A program made the position numbers and the translations under genes. DNA of 63,977 bases, counting the filler, from Reticulomyxa filosa (taxonomy: Eukaryota; Protista; Foraminifera), in the NCBI GenBank assembly GCA_000512085.1. It is 25 parts of 25 records of this genome, joined end to end, with 100 filler letters (N's around TTAATTAATTAA, not from the genome) between each part and the next. Parts side by side here need not be neighbours in the genome. Positions count along the whole stretch, not along the records: positions 1 to 2,140 come from ASPP01038676.1; positions 2,241 to 3,610 come from ASPP01001860.1; positions 3,711 to 7,617 come from ASPP01000440.1; positions 7,718 to 9,526 come from ASPP01027496.1; positions 9,627 to 14,478 come from ASPP01012266.1; 20 more parts are not named here. The stretch is one strand, 5' to 3'. The notes beneath the pieces were generated by a model. The model saw only the letters and a program-made list of their open reading frames with translations. It searched no databases and had not been told where the DNA came from. Of the stretch, positions 1-12,377 are shown piece after piece (the first letter of the stretch is position 1; each line of letters starts with the position of its first letter).

Positions 1-2140
1 TACGATGTCCAAATTGCTGTGGTCGATCAATCAACTGGGTCGGTGTGCTTGTATACGACAAAAATGGAATTGATTCGTATAACGTGCGTGTGGTGTTTCA
101 AATTGAACTAACTACAAAGTTGATAATATGCTTTCCAAAATAGTCGAAATATGAATTAGTTGCACGCACAGCAAATAATTGGATCAAGTTGAAATCGAGT
201 ACATGCGTTAGCTCCGAATTATGTGATTGAGATTGGATTGAAGTATTTGATTGCATGTACGCCAATATCTTTGTAATGCGACTTATATTAAAATCCACGT
301 TGATTCTTGTACGATGTGATAATCAGATTATAGAATGAACTGAACAATCGATGCATAATTGATATAGTCAAATGATATGTTCAATTTCTGCAAATCCTTT
401 TTAAAGTTTGATACATTCTGTTAAGCTATTGAATACGATATATTTGATATTTTTAAAAAATACGGAAATATCCACATGAACTCCAAAATGTACATAAGAA
501 ATTAGTGTGCTTTTGTTTTCAATCAAGTCTTTGCATAACTAATGGCAGATTAGTCATATGTGGAAACGTAGTCACATCTGACAATATCAACATTTCAATC
601 CAATGTGTATCGATGTGGAGTAAGATGCAGACATTGAGTATTGAGCTGAATATTGTAAATGCGAATATAAACGACATATTTGAGATATAATCGTTGTATA
701 TAATAACCAAATTTGTGCCGACAATATCAAGAACGCATGCACAAACGATATGCTCATGGAAAATAACAAAAACTAACTTTGTGTGATCTTTTTTCTTTTG
801 TTAATTGTTCAGTTTCGTATCTATGTGTACATATACGTATTTGTATATGAATGTATACATTTGTACATATATTATCCAACATAAATATATAAGTTTGCTT
901 TCACATTAAAAAAAAAGATTTAATCCACACCGTTGTGTAGCGTGAAAGGATAATACATGTTGCTGTTCGCTATATGGTCAAGTATAAGTGCGACAATGTA
1001 TCAAAAGGTATATCACAAACTGTGGATGAAAATTGTTAATGCGACATTTGAAAGACATTGAATAGATAACCCATAACTTGTCTTTGGCACTGATTAGTAT
1101 AATGGTCGAAAAGGATGTCGGCAAATATAAATTATATACTATAACCAATATTAATGTAATGTGAGTATGTGATATTGCATTGTCAATGATATCAATAACA
1201 ATAAATAATATAATACAATAATCGGCGATTGTACCAAATAAACATGAATTACAACAAGACTGAAACAGTAAAAATGAATTGTCGATTTTTTATTTTTTAT
1301 ATAACCTATTAATATTGACATATAACAAACACATATAGATATCGAATGTTTGTATGTGGTACATAAATACATATGCATATATTGTAAATACCGTCGTGAA
1401 TGTAGTTTATATTATATTCGCCGAATATTCACCATCATTTTCACTCATGACATCATTGACATTAAATCAATATAAATACCAGTGTGGATATCAATAATGA
1501 TGTGATTAAACCACGATAAATACAACATTCGATATCGGATAGCAGAATAAAAGATCACACAATGGACAATGAGTAACATCGATACGAATCTTAATGAATT
1601 GCAACAGCAGTATGATACACAAACATTATTCTTCGCATTTCTGACTTTCATATCATATAACTCTGTTGTCGACTTTGTCTATTCACACATGCACATATGC
1701 ACTCGTTCATATACATGCTTAATACAAACATACGTCTTTGACAAATATACAAAAAGATAGCATACCCTCGTTACAAGAAAAAAAAGAGATTGTATTCTGC
1801 TAGTCCAATATCGAATTTAATTTGATAAAATGGAGTCCAATACCAAATTATAACCACAACCAACAAATGCTACGACATCGTCAAATCTTATCTGATTCTA
1901 TGCACCATTTGCCTTGGATTGAAGAAAGTGAATTGAATATATCAAACCAGATTGGATTAAAAAATATAATAAATCGATTGGATTAATGGAGCGAATCGGA
2001 CTGTACTCAGGATAAATCGAATGATATTTGTATTTAAGGATGAGCAGGATCGCGTGGATATTTTTTGAATAGTTATTTTATTTTATTTTATTCTTTGGAC
2101 ATAGGACTAATATAGCAAAAGAGTGGGTAAAGAGCAAGAA

Positions 2141-2240
2141 NNNNNNNNNNNNNNNNNNNNNNNNNNNNNNNNNNNNNNNNNNNNTTAATTAATTAANNNN
2201 NNNNNNNNNNNNNNNNNNNNNNNNNNNNNNNNNNNNNNNN
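2141..2240. other. Artificial contig linker (first of 24 copies)
   Basis: N44-TTAATTAATTAA-N44. It recurs at about 3611, 7618, 9527, 14479, 15579, 20781, 22515, 28785, 29979, 31881, 33052, 34640, 39506, 41450, 48133, 49767, 51034, 53148, 56645, 58502, 60505, 61625 and 62769, and puts stops in all six frames. Confidence 0.99.
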
Positions 2241-2741
2241 TTATTTTCAGATAAAGCATACAGGTCGTTTAGTTTGTAATAACTCAGATAAAAAGCTTAT
2301 AGTCAAAACATTTTGGTTCAAATTTCGTAGCATCAAAAAATAATAATAATTTGATATAAATATCATTATTTTCTATCGTTATTCTGGAATATATCAATAT
2401 ATTTTTTTGTTAGGTTAAAGTTTATATATTTTGTCATATCTTTCATTGTAACATCAATAATGCAAAATGCACTTATCACAAGTGAGTTACAGACCCGCCA
2501 GCAGCTTTTCACTTCGTACAACTTCACTTATATACATGCACAGCGACATACTATGCTATGAAAGTTAAAAAAAAATAATGATCACATGTAATAACCATTT
2601 TTTAATGCAACTTTGATGAATTTCAGCCACTTAACAAATGAGAGAGAATGTTTTGATTTTTGGCAGAGAGCGAAAAGGTTTTTTCTTCCTTTTCCTTTTT
2701 CTTCCCCCCCTTCTCTCTCTTTCCTTTTGGTGCTTATAAAA

Positions 2742-3610
2742 ATGTCGCAAAAGAAGAAGCAGTTCATGATGGTGTGTCTAGTGTTTGGCAAACCGCTATG
2801 TATTTTGTTAATCTTGATAGTGGGAATGTTGAGATTCTACAATGACTTTAGAGGGCAGACAATAGCGACTGACAGCTTGGAGGCCGTGTCAGAAGGACAA
2901 GCGGAGATGATGAAAGTGTCTCCACCGACGGGACAAATCCAACAACACCAAGAGCAGAGACGAGGAGAGCAAGAGAAAGACCGAGTGCAGTTACATGCAA
3001 GTGTATTTGAAGGAAAGCACGTGCGACAAAAGCGGTCATTATCAACGAGGAATGAATTGGAAAAAGTGTTAATAGAGAGATGTGAGCAAGTGTTGGCAAG
3101 TTCTCCGGGACGAGAGCTACAGATCAGTGGAGGATTGAAAAACAGCGAGCTGTTGGCCTTGCAACATGTAATAATTGATCGAAAGAATAAGGTGCTATAT
3201 TGTAAAATAATGAAAAACAGTTGCACCAAATTTTCGAACCTAATGTGGCTCTTAAGCGACGAGCGTCGTGATAACCAAGGCTTTAACATTCATCGACGTG
3301 TGTTGCCATTTGCAAAGACCTGCAAACAGTACATACGCTTGTTGTTGGACCCGCAGTGGAAGTCTTTCGTTGTCCTTCGAAGTCCATGGGAGCGCTTGTT
3401 ATCTGCTTATTTGCATTTGTGCTTGAATAAGACTCGTTGTAAAAATAATTGCTATTGCCAATTTTGGAACGACACCGCCACCCCTCATAGCAAGCCCACG
3501 TTGGAACAGTATATGATTCAATTGATTCATAATATTGCACGTGCAAAACACATTCTCAAAACTACTACTACCACTACCGATCATTATCATCATCATCATC
3601 GTCGTCGTAG
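2742..3610 (+). CDS. Golgi-type carbohydrate sulfotransferase (Sulfotransfer_2/CHST-like), 3' partial
   Basis: Likely start MSQKKKQF followed by a hydrophobic type II anchor. PAPS-binding 5'PSB-like motif LYCKIMKNSCT and 3'PB motif FVVLRSPWERLLSAY. Runs into the contig end. Confidence 0.8.
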
Positions 3611-4608
3611 NNNNNNNNNNNNNNNNNNNNNNNNNNNNNNNNNNNNNNNNNNNNTTAATTAATTAANNNNNNNNNNNNNNNNNNNNNNNNNNNNNNNNNN
3701 NNNNNNNNNNTAATCAGTCAACCACAAAAATTTTTTTAAAAGTAAATGAAATAATAAAATTTTTGAAAAAATTATAAAGACTTAATAAAAAACCAAAATG
3801 ATATTTAAAAACTACACGATTCGTAGATATTTTTTTTTAAATAAAAAAAATTTTGATTAAATGTTGTTTTTTCATGAAGAAACAAAATAATCTATCTAAG
3901 GTGGCATTTTAGGTGTCAACTTTCTTTTTTATCCTAATGTAAAAAGAAAACTGACATAATGAAAAAACGATATTACAGACATTCCTTCGAGTTACCATTC
4001 ACCATTTAATAAGAAGGAGCTGTCAATAGATAAAAGAAATTTAACAACACATACATGCATGTTATAGATGTTTCAAATATATTTAAAAGAAAGATTGTGA
4101 CATTAGTAGTTGATAAGACAAGCAATCGTTGGTCATAAAATATTACACCAAACCGGATGACAAAGACAAGTTCACATGAATTGATTTATGGTCGTATTAC
4201 ATTGCGTGCAGACATCAAATTAGGACAACCAGAAAACAAAGCGACTGAAAAGCATGATATGTGTACGTGCAAGAAAATTCTAAAAGCGCAACACTACTTA
4301 CGCCACAATGGAGTCAGTATGACTCTAAGTTTTTTTAAGAAAAGTGAAATATTTGCTTTCCCGTTCCAGATTCTCTACAAACTGGAACCTCAAATAAGGT
4401 AAACATCAAGTAGACAAATCTGAAACAAGCAAACTAATTTTCTGAGGAATAAGTGTTTCTAGTTTTTCACCCAGAAAAACCGTGAATCAGTTTGTTTTTG
4501 TGGAAATATCGAATACAAAAAGGAGAAACAAGTTATTCTTTTAAATGTGCACAAGATATTCACAACGAAGTTGAATAACAGAAGGCAAAGGAGATTTGTA
4601 TTGCATTC

Positions 4609-6466
4609 TCAAACTGACAAAAGTCTTCTCTTTATTTCTTTTGCATACAATTTTTTTTCTGTTGCAGTGGCATTCAGTATGTCTTGATTTTCATGAATGC
4701 GGCGTATCAAATATGGCCAAACTTCTTCAAAAGGTCCATAAGGAAGTAATTTACACACATTGTATCCGGAAAGGCTGAGTCCAAAAGTCAAATTATCTGC
4801 CATGCCTTTCAATTGAGCAAAGTTAACATCAAAACAATTACGTGGGATATCTCGGTCTGACATTAATTGTAAGGCTTTCTGCAACGATCTACGATTATGA
4901 CTGCAAACTGCAACTCCAACATTGCGAGTATCTGGTACACCACTACGATATGCTTGAATTTGATTCATTGCCAATATAAGGCCTTTGTCATAGTTTTTGT
5001 CTGTTTCTTCCTGTCAATAGACAAAACAAAATTCTTTCCATTTTTAGTTTTTGTGTGTGTATGATGTGGTGTCATGAACCCAACTTTAGTAGGCCAAATG
5101 GGGTAAGGTTTATTTTCGAGTTTCGAATATTTTTTCTCGTACTCCATATACGCGCCACGAACAAGCTTGATGCCCATAGAGGCTGAATTTATTTGGGCTG
5201 TCTCCAGGTCATAAAGTAACCAGTAGTATGAGTCCTTCAAATACATTTGGTAAGTATTGTATACGTGAACTTGTTGATTAACGTTATACTCTTTCATCAA
5301 TTGTCGTGCAAACAAATTCAAAGCAGGTTGTTTATGATATGTCTCCGCATCTAACCATACGCCAATTTGATTGGACTTGCACGTATCTATAATTTGTCGC
5401 AACCGCTTCATGCAATCTTGAAACAACTTCTGTTCACGTTCGTTCAAATTAGACAAAATCGTTGCATCATCTACCTTAGGCAGTGGCAATTGTGAATCCA
5501 TATTGCTTTGGATAATGTGATTAATCTTTTCGAACAATGAACTCGAGGTTAGGCAGGTCAGCTAAAAGTTATTGAAATTTAAAGAACACGTAAAGGAAAA
5601 AAAAAAAAAAGCAAAAACAAATAAACAAAAATTTAAGTTACTTGGCAGTATACGTAGGGAAAAAAGAAAAGTCCTAGCAACAGCCAGAAAAATCAACAGC
5701 AAAAAAAAAAAAAAAAAATAAACCAAACTTTAATTGGCATAAAGCGTACACTTCCTTTGAAATTCTGAGCTAAATTTTTAGCCAAGTCGACTTTGTTTTG
5801 TGCGTTCAAATCCCATAAGTGTGCTTCTTCGGTTTCTTCCGTAGATAGATCAATGACCAATCGCACGCCATTTTTTTGAAATATCGTGCTCGTTCGTACA
5901 CACTCTTCCATCGTTTCTCCTCCAGTAAATAACGGGTAATACAGGCGCTTCGTGAGTCGTAGCAGCCAATCGCCTTTGGCTTTTTCCACATAGGTTTTTG
6001 GATCATATTTAAACTTGGCCAGCTTTTTCAAGCTCAAGTTTTGATACTTTATCAACCTTTCCATGACTGAAGGGAAAGAACACATATAGAATAGAAATGC
6101 GCTATTCGCTAGTTGACTAATTGAAAATGAACGAAAGATTGCACGGGTATCATCAGGATTGAATGGTCTCAATTGTGGCGAACCATCAGGAAATACGCCA
6201 GTTCGTTTCTTTATGCGATAGCTGTAAAAAAAATCATCTGTTGGAGAAGACGATGGTGGGGGTGCTAGAACTGGTGAGTCAGTGGGCAAAGGTTTTGGTG
6301 CATTTGATGATCCACCGTGTGCGAGACGTTGGGAAAGGAAGGAAAGTGAGGGGGAGACACGGGAACGCGCAATCTTTGCAGAAATCGGCACAACTCTCTT
6401 CAAAGAAGAATTAGAATGAAAATGCAAAGAAGAGAAGGGCGAATGAGAAAGAGTACCCAATAACAT
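4609..6466 (-). CDS. PRODH: Mitochondrial proline dehydrogenase, 3 exons
   Basis: Motifs LDAETYHKQPA, YNTYQMYLKD, GIKLVRGAYM, CSHN, FAQLKGMAD and KLLPYGP..VWPYLIRR. GT-AG introns 5562-5728 and 5011-5084 restore K|LTCL and TK|EETD in frame. Ser/Arg-rich N-terminus resembles a mitochondrial presequence. Confidence 0.93.
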
Positions 6467-8399
6467 TGTTAGACGTTGGTTTTGAAGATCTTTGCAAGGA
6501 GGAAATATTGATGATACTTTAAAAAAAAAACCTACGGCGTCCTAAAAAAAAGTAGACACGTTCGTTTTCCTGTGAAAAATTACAGAATTCTACTACATAT
6601 TTAAATTTTTTGTCTTATTATACTTGGTGTCAAATGTAAAATTAGTATCATCTGACAATTTTTTAAAAATATTCTGATTTTTTGACAATCTTTTTTTTTG
6701 CACCAAAATTGCATCGTGCACATACAAACTTTTTTGAATAAAAATTCATTTGAGTTAAATCAAGTCAAATGATTTTCTTCGAGTCACTGTAATGATAATC
6801 TTGCAGCCAATATTTAAAAAATCGAATACAACATTCGATATTTTTCTTTACACAATGAAATTTCATGAATAAAAGTTCACACAACGACCAAGCACAAAAA
6901 AGGTGACACAAAAAGAGGCTTTTAGTTCTAAAAAAAACTAACGCATCTTCTCAAACGTCATCAACATTAGTGACAATTATAAGTTGTTCAATACATAGGT
7001 AATATGATAAACGTATATTAAGGTGAATTGAAAGTGACCAACATCAATAACAAATCTGTTGACGCAACAACAACGACAACTGTCAAGTCACTAACAAAAA
7101 TAATTAATTTGTACAATTATAGTATTCACAACAACAAGAGAAGCAACATTAATAAAAATACTAATAAAAACTAGAACAATAACAAGTATAAAAAATGTAA
7201 ATATGTATATGTGATAATTTTGTATATGATCTGGTATAGATATACTGAATATATTTTTTTGTTTTTGACAAATGAATAAATTTATTATTATTTAATATGT
7301 TATTATCAAAGTTATTATGATAAACTTAATAATCTAACAACAAAAAAACAAATGAATAAGTAAAATATTTTTAATTGACAAAAAATGTTTGAAAAAATTA
7401 AATGTACAGTAAGTTGCAAAGAAAACTGAACGCCTAAAACATATCTTATGATGATAATTGATTTTCTCAATGAAAAATCAACATTTAGACATAATTTTTT
7501 TTTTATTTTAAAAAAAATATCTACAAGTCTTGTAGTTTTTAAATATGATATTGATTTTTTAATAACTTTTTTTTTATTGGATGAAATCAACATTATTTCA
7601 AATGATTTTTGAAAATTNNNNNNNNNNNNNNNNNNNNNNNNNNNNNNNNNNNNNNNNNNNNTTAATTAATTAANNNNNNNNNNNNNNNNNNNNNNNNNNN
7701 NNNNNNNNNNNNNNNNNCTTTACTTTGCATTCTACTGTACTTCATTTGAAATAGCTTCATCCCAAAAATGTGATGAAAGAACAAGCAACCCCTTTTTTTT
7801 ACTGAAAGTAATTCAATATTTGCAAGATTCTTATCTTTGAACATGATTATAACATTGATTTTTTGATAATGTGAAAGAATACACTTTTAGACAAGTAATT
7901 GGCTTTTGTCTCGTGTTGTCATCATTGTATCCGCAAACTGATGAAAAATGTTATTAAAAAACAAATACAATATGTTCGCTTTCTTACTAACTATTTTAAA
8001 TAATGGAACATGAATACTAACTTATATTCTTTGCTTAAGATTAAATAAAGCAAAATGTGTATGACGGAAAAAAAGGAAAATTATTCTTAAAATAATAAAC
8101 AAAATACAGAAAAGGTGTGTAATGATAACAAAGTACTTTCTTTGGCTTTCTAAATAATCGGTAAATTTATAATTTACAACACTAATTGTGTAAAATGATA
8201 TTTTCTATACAACTAAAAAAAAATTATATGACATACCCCCCCTTTTATTTCTCCCCAAAATGTTTTACTTACGTCTCCACTCTTTATATACACATATACA
8301 TACATAGAACGCATTTCCTAGTTTTATATTTTTCTTTGCTTAGACTCCCTAAACCTAAAAAAACTTAGAAAAAAAGCTAGTCTGAACTATAAAAAAAAA

Positions 8400-9451
8400 A
8401 TGTCCAATTCAGCGATATTTTTTGTGATTTTTTTGGTGATCAGACTCAAAGGACTAGAAAGTTTGGAATTGCCTCAAACTCGTTCGTATAACAATGTGCA
8501 GCCAAGAAGCAGACTGCTAAACTCTCCTTGCGGAGGCGAAGAGTACAACAAGGATTGGGGAGTGGAAATGGAATTCAAAGCGACGGAGATAAAAGAAGGA
8601 GGAATATTGCAAGTGTCGCTTCGACCGATTGCCTATTCTCGGAACACGACATATCGCTTTGTGTTATGTCAAAGTGACGACAAGGAGACCCATTTGGACA
8701 GATGTATATCGCTTTCTTCAGTTTGTTTTGATTTGCTGCATGTTAAAGGAGATTTTTTTTTAATAAAAAAAAAAATCCCATATCCCAATTACTAACACTG
8801 CGTGTGTGGGGGGGTATACTAATAAACAAATAAAACAAGAAGGATGGACAAACAGTATTTGAATTGAACGTGGTCGACAAAAACAAAGATAAGAAACAGG
8901 AAGAGTACGTCGCACACGTATTTTGTATCCCACGTGGCATTGGAAAGCCATTGACAACAACAACAACAACAACAACAGCAACATTGCCTCACAGTGACAG
9001 CCTTTCAATGACTCTGATCTTCGAATGGCTCGTGTCACCTTTCAACGTCATTTACAATTGCGTTGATTTACAGTTGGTGCAAGATACGTCCATACTTTCT
9101 TCTTCCGACTCCGTCATTTGGGAGACTTACGTATCACCGTTCCGTTTTTTTTTTTTTTATACTTATAATTTATTATATATACATATATATATATATGTAT
9201 ACGTATGTATATATTATTATTTTTCAAAAAATGACGTCAGGTCAGTATTGAATTGGAATACAACAACATCGAACCCGGTGACGAGTGTTGTGGAAAAAAA
9301 AACGTCAGGTCTCAGCACCATGGCCTTGGCTGTGATCATTGTTTTGTCCATTGTTGGGTGCTGTTGCATTTGCATGTGCATCATCTCCCGACAATTTCGA
9401 AGGACTTGTTTTGGTTACATCAATGATGCATGCGAGGCAACGGGCAGATAA
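8400..9451 (+). CDS. Signal-peptide, single-pass membrane protein with a possible LPMO/X325-like beta-sandwich (multi-exon)
   Basis: N-terminal signal peptide, then LxxPxxR...PCGG, a later FEW...IYNCVDLQL motif, Thr-rich linkers, and a C-terminal TM helix (ALAVIIVLSIVGCCCICMCII). Exon limits are approximate. Confidence 0.5.
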
Positions 9452-9626
9452 AACAAAATAAAAATAAATAATGAGAACGACCAAATAACGTGCTTTACAT
9501 TTTATTCCCTCTGAATCTTTTTTGTCNNNNNNNNNNNNNNNNNNNNNNNNNNNNNNNNNNNNNNNNNNNNTTAATTAATTAANNNNNNNNNNNNNNNNNN
9601 NNNNNNNNNNNNNNNNNNNNNNNNNN

Positions 9627-10454
9627 ATTGTCATTGTCATTGTCATTGTCATTGTCATACTTACCACCATCATGTTCAAAAATCACACTGGGCTGTTGCA
9701 TCAACTGCTTAATTTGCTTCTTTCGTATCGGCGCAGTCGCATACGCAACGACACGTTCCAAGGTCGTCCAAATGTGAGTGGCACATTTGGGAATGGTAGT
9801 CAGACATTGCAAAATGTGAGTGAATTCCATAACATAGCCGTCGGAAATGGCGTGAGAGTCGAGCCAACCAAACAGGTCCTGTGGCGAGGTCATGTCCAAA
9901 TTTCCGAGTGTGGAGGCACGTATATCGATTGACTCCACGCTTCGATATAACTCCAACTGCTCCTCCATTTTTGCAATCAACGGATCCGCGTCCATACCGC
10001 TGCTGCTATATCCGACATTGATCCCTTCGATCTTTGCTTCGATCGCCTGCAAAACATTGTCAATGCCCAGCGCTCCCAATTGCTTGCGATAAGTCACACG
10101 ATCTTCGAGTGGAAACGAGTTTAATATTGCATTTAAAAGGCCAATGGTATACAATTGAAACTCAAATGAAGGTATTGGTCCTTTTTTTGTTTATGCAGAG
10201 ATGATATGATAATAAGATGATATGATGACATGATAATATGGAGATGTTTTTGTTTGAATAGATAAAAGAACATAATACATACGAGCAAAGGAAAAACTTC
10301 CATTCTGTTCCTGCACGCTTTTTTCATCTTCGTCTGTGACAGTGTTCGAATTACAATTTTTGTGTTTCATCATTGCTGTCAGTGTTGTTTCCTCTTTGTC
10401 TTGTTTTTGCTCTGTCGATGTGAATTCATTGTCATTGTCATCGTCATCGTTATT

Positions 10455-10489
<35 letters not shown>

Positions 10490-12003
10490 TGCTATCTGAG
10501 TCGTCCAATGTAATTTCATTTGACAAGGATATATTCTTATGCAATTGCAACATCGTGGCCATTGGCAACAATGGATGTACAAATGGCTCCCAAATACTGG
10601 TCAAATGCTTATCTTTTGCATATTGATTCAAACACTCGATGACTTTGTCAAACCCCATTTCGTCGTGCCAACACACGGCAGAGACCAACTTGATGATCAG
10701 TAAGCGCACACCGAGGTCTTCATTGTCCAACTATTGTGTTTAATGGTCCCTCATTCCATTGACACAATGGGAAAAGAAAACATAACATAATGCACATACC
10801 AAATCAATGATGGCTTGCAGAGCGTATTCATGACGAACAATAAACTTTAGTCCAATTTTGTCATTGGTATTGACATTGCGTTTGTCCATGATCGCACGCA
10901 GACATCTTAAAAACTCGATCTCATATTCTGTCTTGCCTTTCATTCTTGGCATCGATTGAATCAACAATGTCAATCCTTGTTCGTGAATAAACTCTTGCAG
11001 CCATTCCACGCCCTCTTCAATTAATCGATCACTTACATCCACCAGCACTTCTGCTGTTACGTCTTCTGTCACACGCAGTTGTTTTATCCAATACGACACG
11101 TTACGATCATTGCCAGTGTTCTTATTGTTGCTCGCAGTCGAGACACTCGTATTTGCTGTTTGAATGGACGACGGGGCAATATGATGGAGTGAGTCCATTT
11201 GGTCCATTACAATCTCCATTCGCTGTTGTGTCGACAGTGTTGCCAACATTTCTTGTCGCTTTTGTGCAGGGATGTTCAGACCTTTCAACACTTCTTCGCA
11301 CGCTTTGTCTCTGTAACACCATTCCACTGATTTCTTTTTTCAAACAAATATCGCAAATTGTCGTCACAAAACAATTTGAAATATATGATTGGCCCTTCCC
11401 AACTTAACAATTCTTCTGGTGCAATCTCCCATTTTTTTGATTTTTCATTTCTTTTTTTTTTTTTTTTTTAGGACATTCAAAGTTACAAAAAAAAAAAAAA
11501 AAAAAAGAGGGACATCAAAGAAATGAGAAAAATATATTTAAATAACATGTCCGTATTTGCTGACGAGGAATAATTTACCACAGATTGTCTTTTATTTTGT
11601 TTGTTGCCAAAAGGATGTTTTATATCAAAGATGACTCTATTGATTTGCTAAAAGCAAGAGGCGCGAGAGTAAAAAAGAGGAAAATATTATAATGATACCT
11701 TTGAGTCAATTTGATGGCTGCCATACATTGATCTAAATCCTCACTGGTTTCCAAGGATAATCGATGCAATTCTTCTCTATCCTTTATTAGGATCACAAAC
11801 GGATGTCTTGGTTCTTCTTCTTGAAGCATTGTTGCTCTTCGCAATGGAATACTTTCCAGTGCGTTTCTTTGCTTTTTGAACTGAGACTCATCCGTGTATA
11901 TGTATAAATGTCCATTTTTTATAACCGCAAAACGAAAGTCATAACGACTCAACCAACCACTTTTTTTGTATTGGCATACAAAGCCAACCCAACTATCAGC
12001 CAT
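9627..12003 (-). CDS. Formin N-terminal half (PH domain + GBD/FH3), 3' partial, multi-exon
   Basis: PH-like exon (KKSGWLSRYDFRFAVIKNGHLYIY...ESIPL...CMAAI). GBD/FH3 motifs PEEL|DKACEEVLKGLNIPAQKRQEML, WLQEFIHEQGL, EFLRCLRAIM, KLVSAVC and LLNAILNSFPLEDRVTYRKQLGALGI. Intron 10181-10282 checked in frame. FH1/FH2 would lie beyond the contig end. Confidence 0.75.
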
Positions 12004-12377
12004 TCAACGGCAAGGGGGCTTTCTTTTCAATGTATTTCAGCATATGACTAGAGTTTTCAATCTTTAATGACTGGACATCAAAGAAAGGCATACATTGACG
12101 GAAATATAGCATTACTGCATCAAATTCACAGGCACGAAGCATCTTAAGACACGTTGCCAAAAGCAATGAAGCATGAATAAGAATTGGGTGGTTTAAAATT
12201 CAATAGAACAAATTAAAAGGGTACAATAGAGGGAGAATTTTTTTAAAAAACAGTTTTGATCTTCTCAAAGGATAACTTTGGAAAGAATCTAAATTCTCCA
12301 AATACGTGACATTTCTTTTAGTTTGTTTGGGTGAGAAAAGTAATCAAAGAGAGTGCTTATAAATATCGTTGTTCAGT
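12004..12377. promoter_or_regulatory. Short divergent intergenic region, putative bidirectional promoter (formin / CLEC16A)
   Basis: About 374 bp between head-to-head start codons at 12003 (-) and 12378 (+). Inferred from gene geometry only. Confidence 0.4.

Noticed and set aside
1-2140. Several 60-75 aa ORFs on the first contig
   Set aside because: No motifs or consistent exon structure. Probably non-coding or heavily decayed sequence.
2141-2240. Regularly recurring TTAATTAATTAA flanked by Ns, superficially like a repeat array or CRISPR
   Set aside because: Identical 100-nt synthetic linker with six-frame stops. It is an artefact of contig concatenation.
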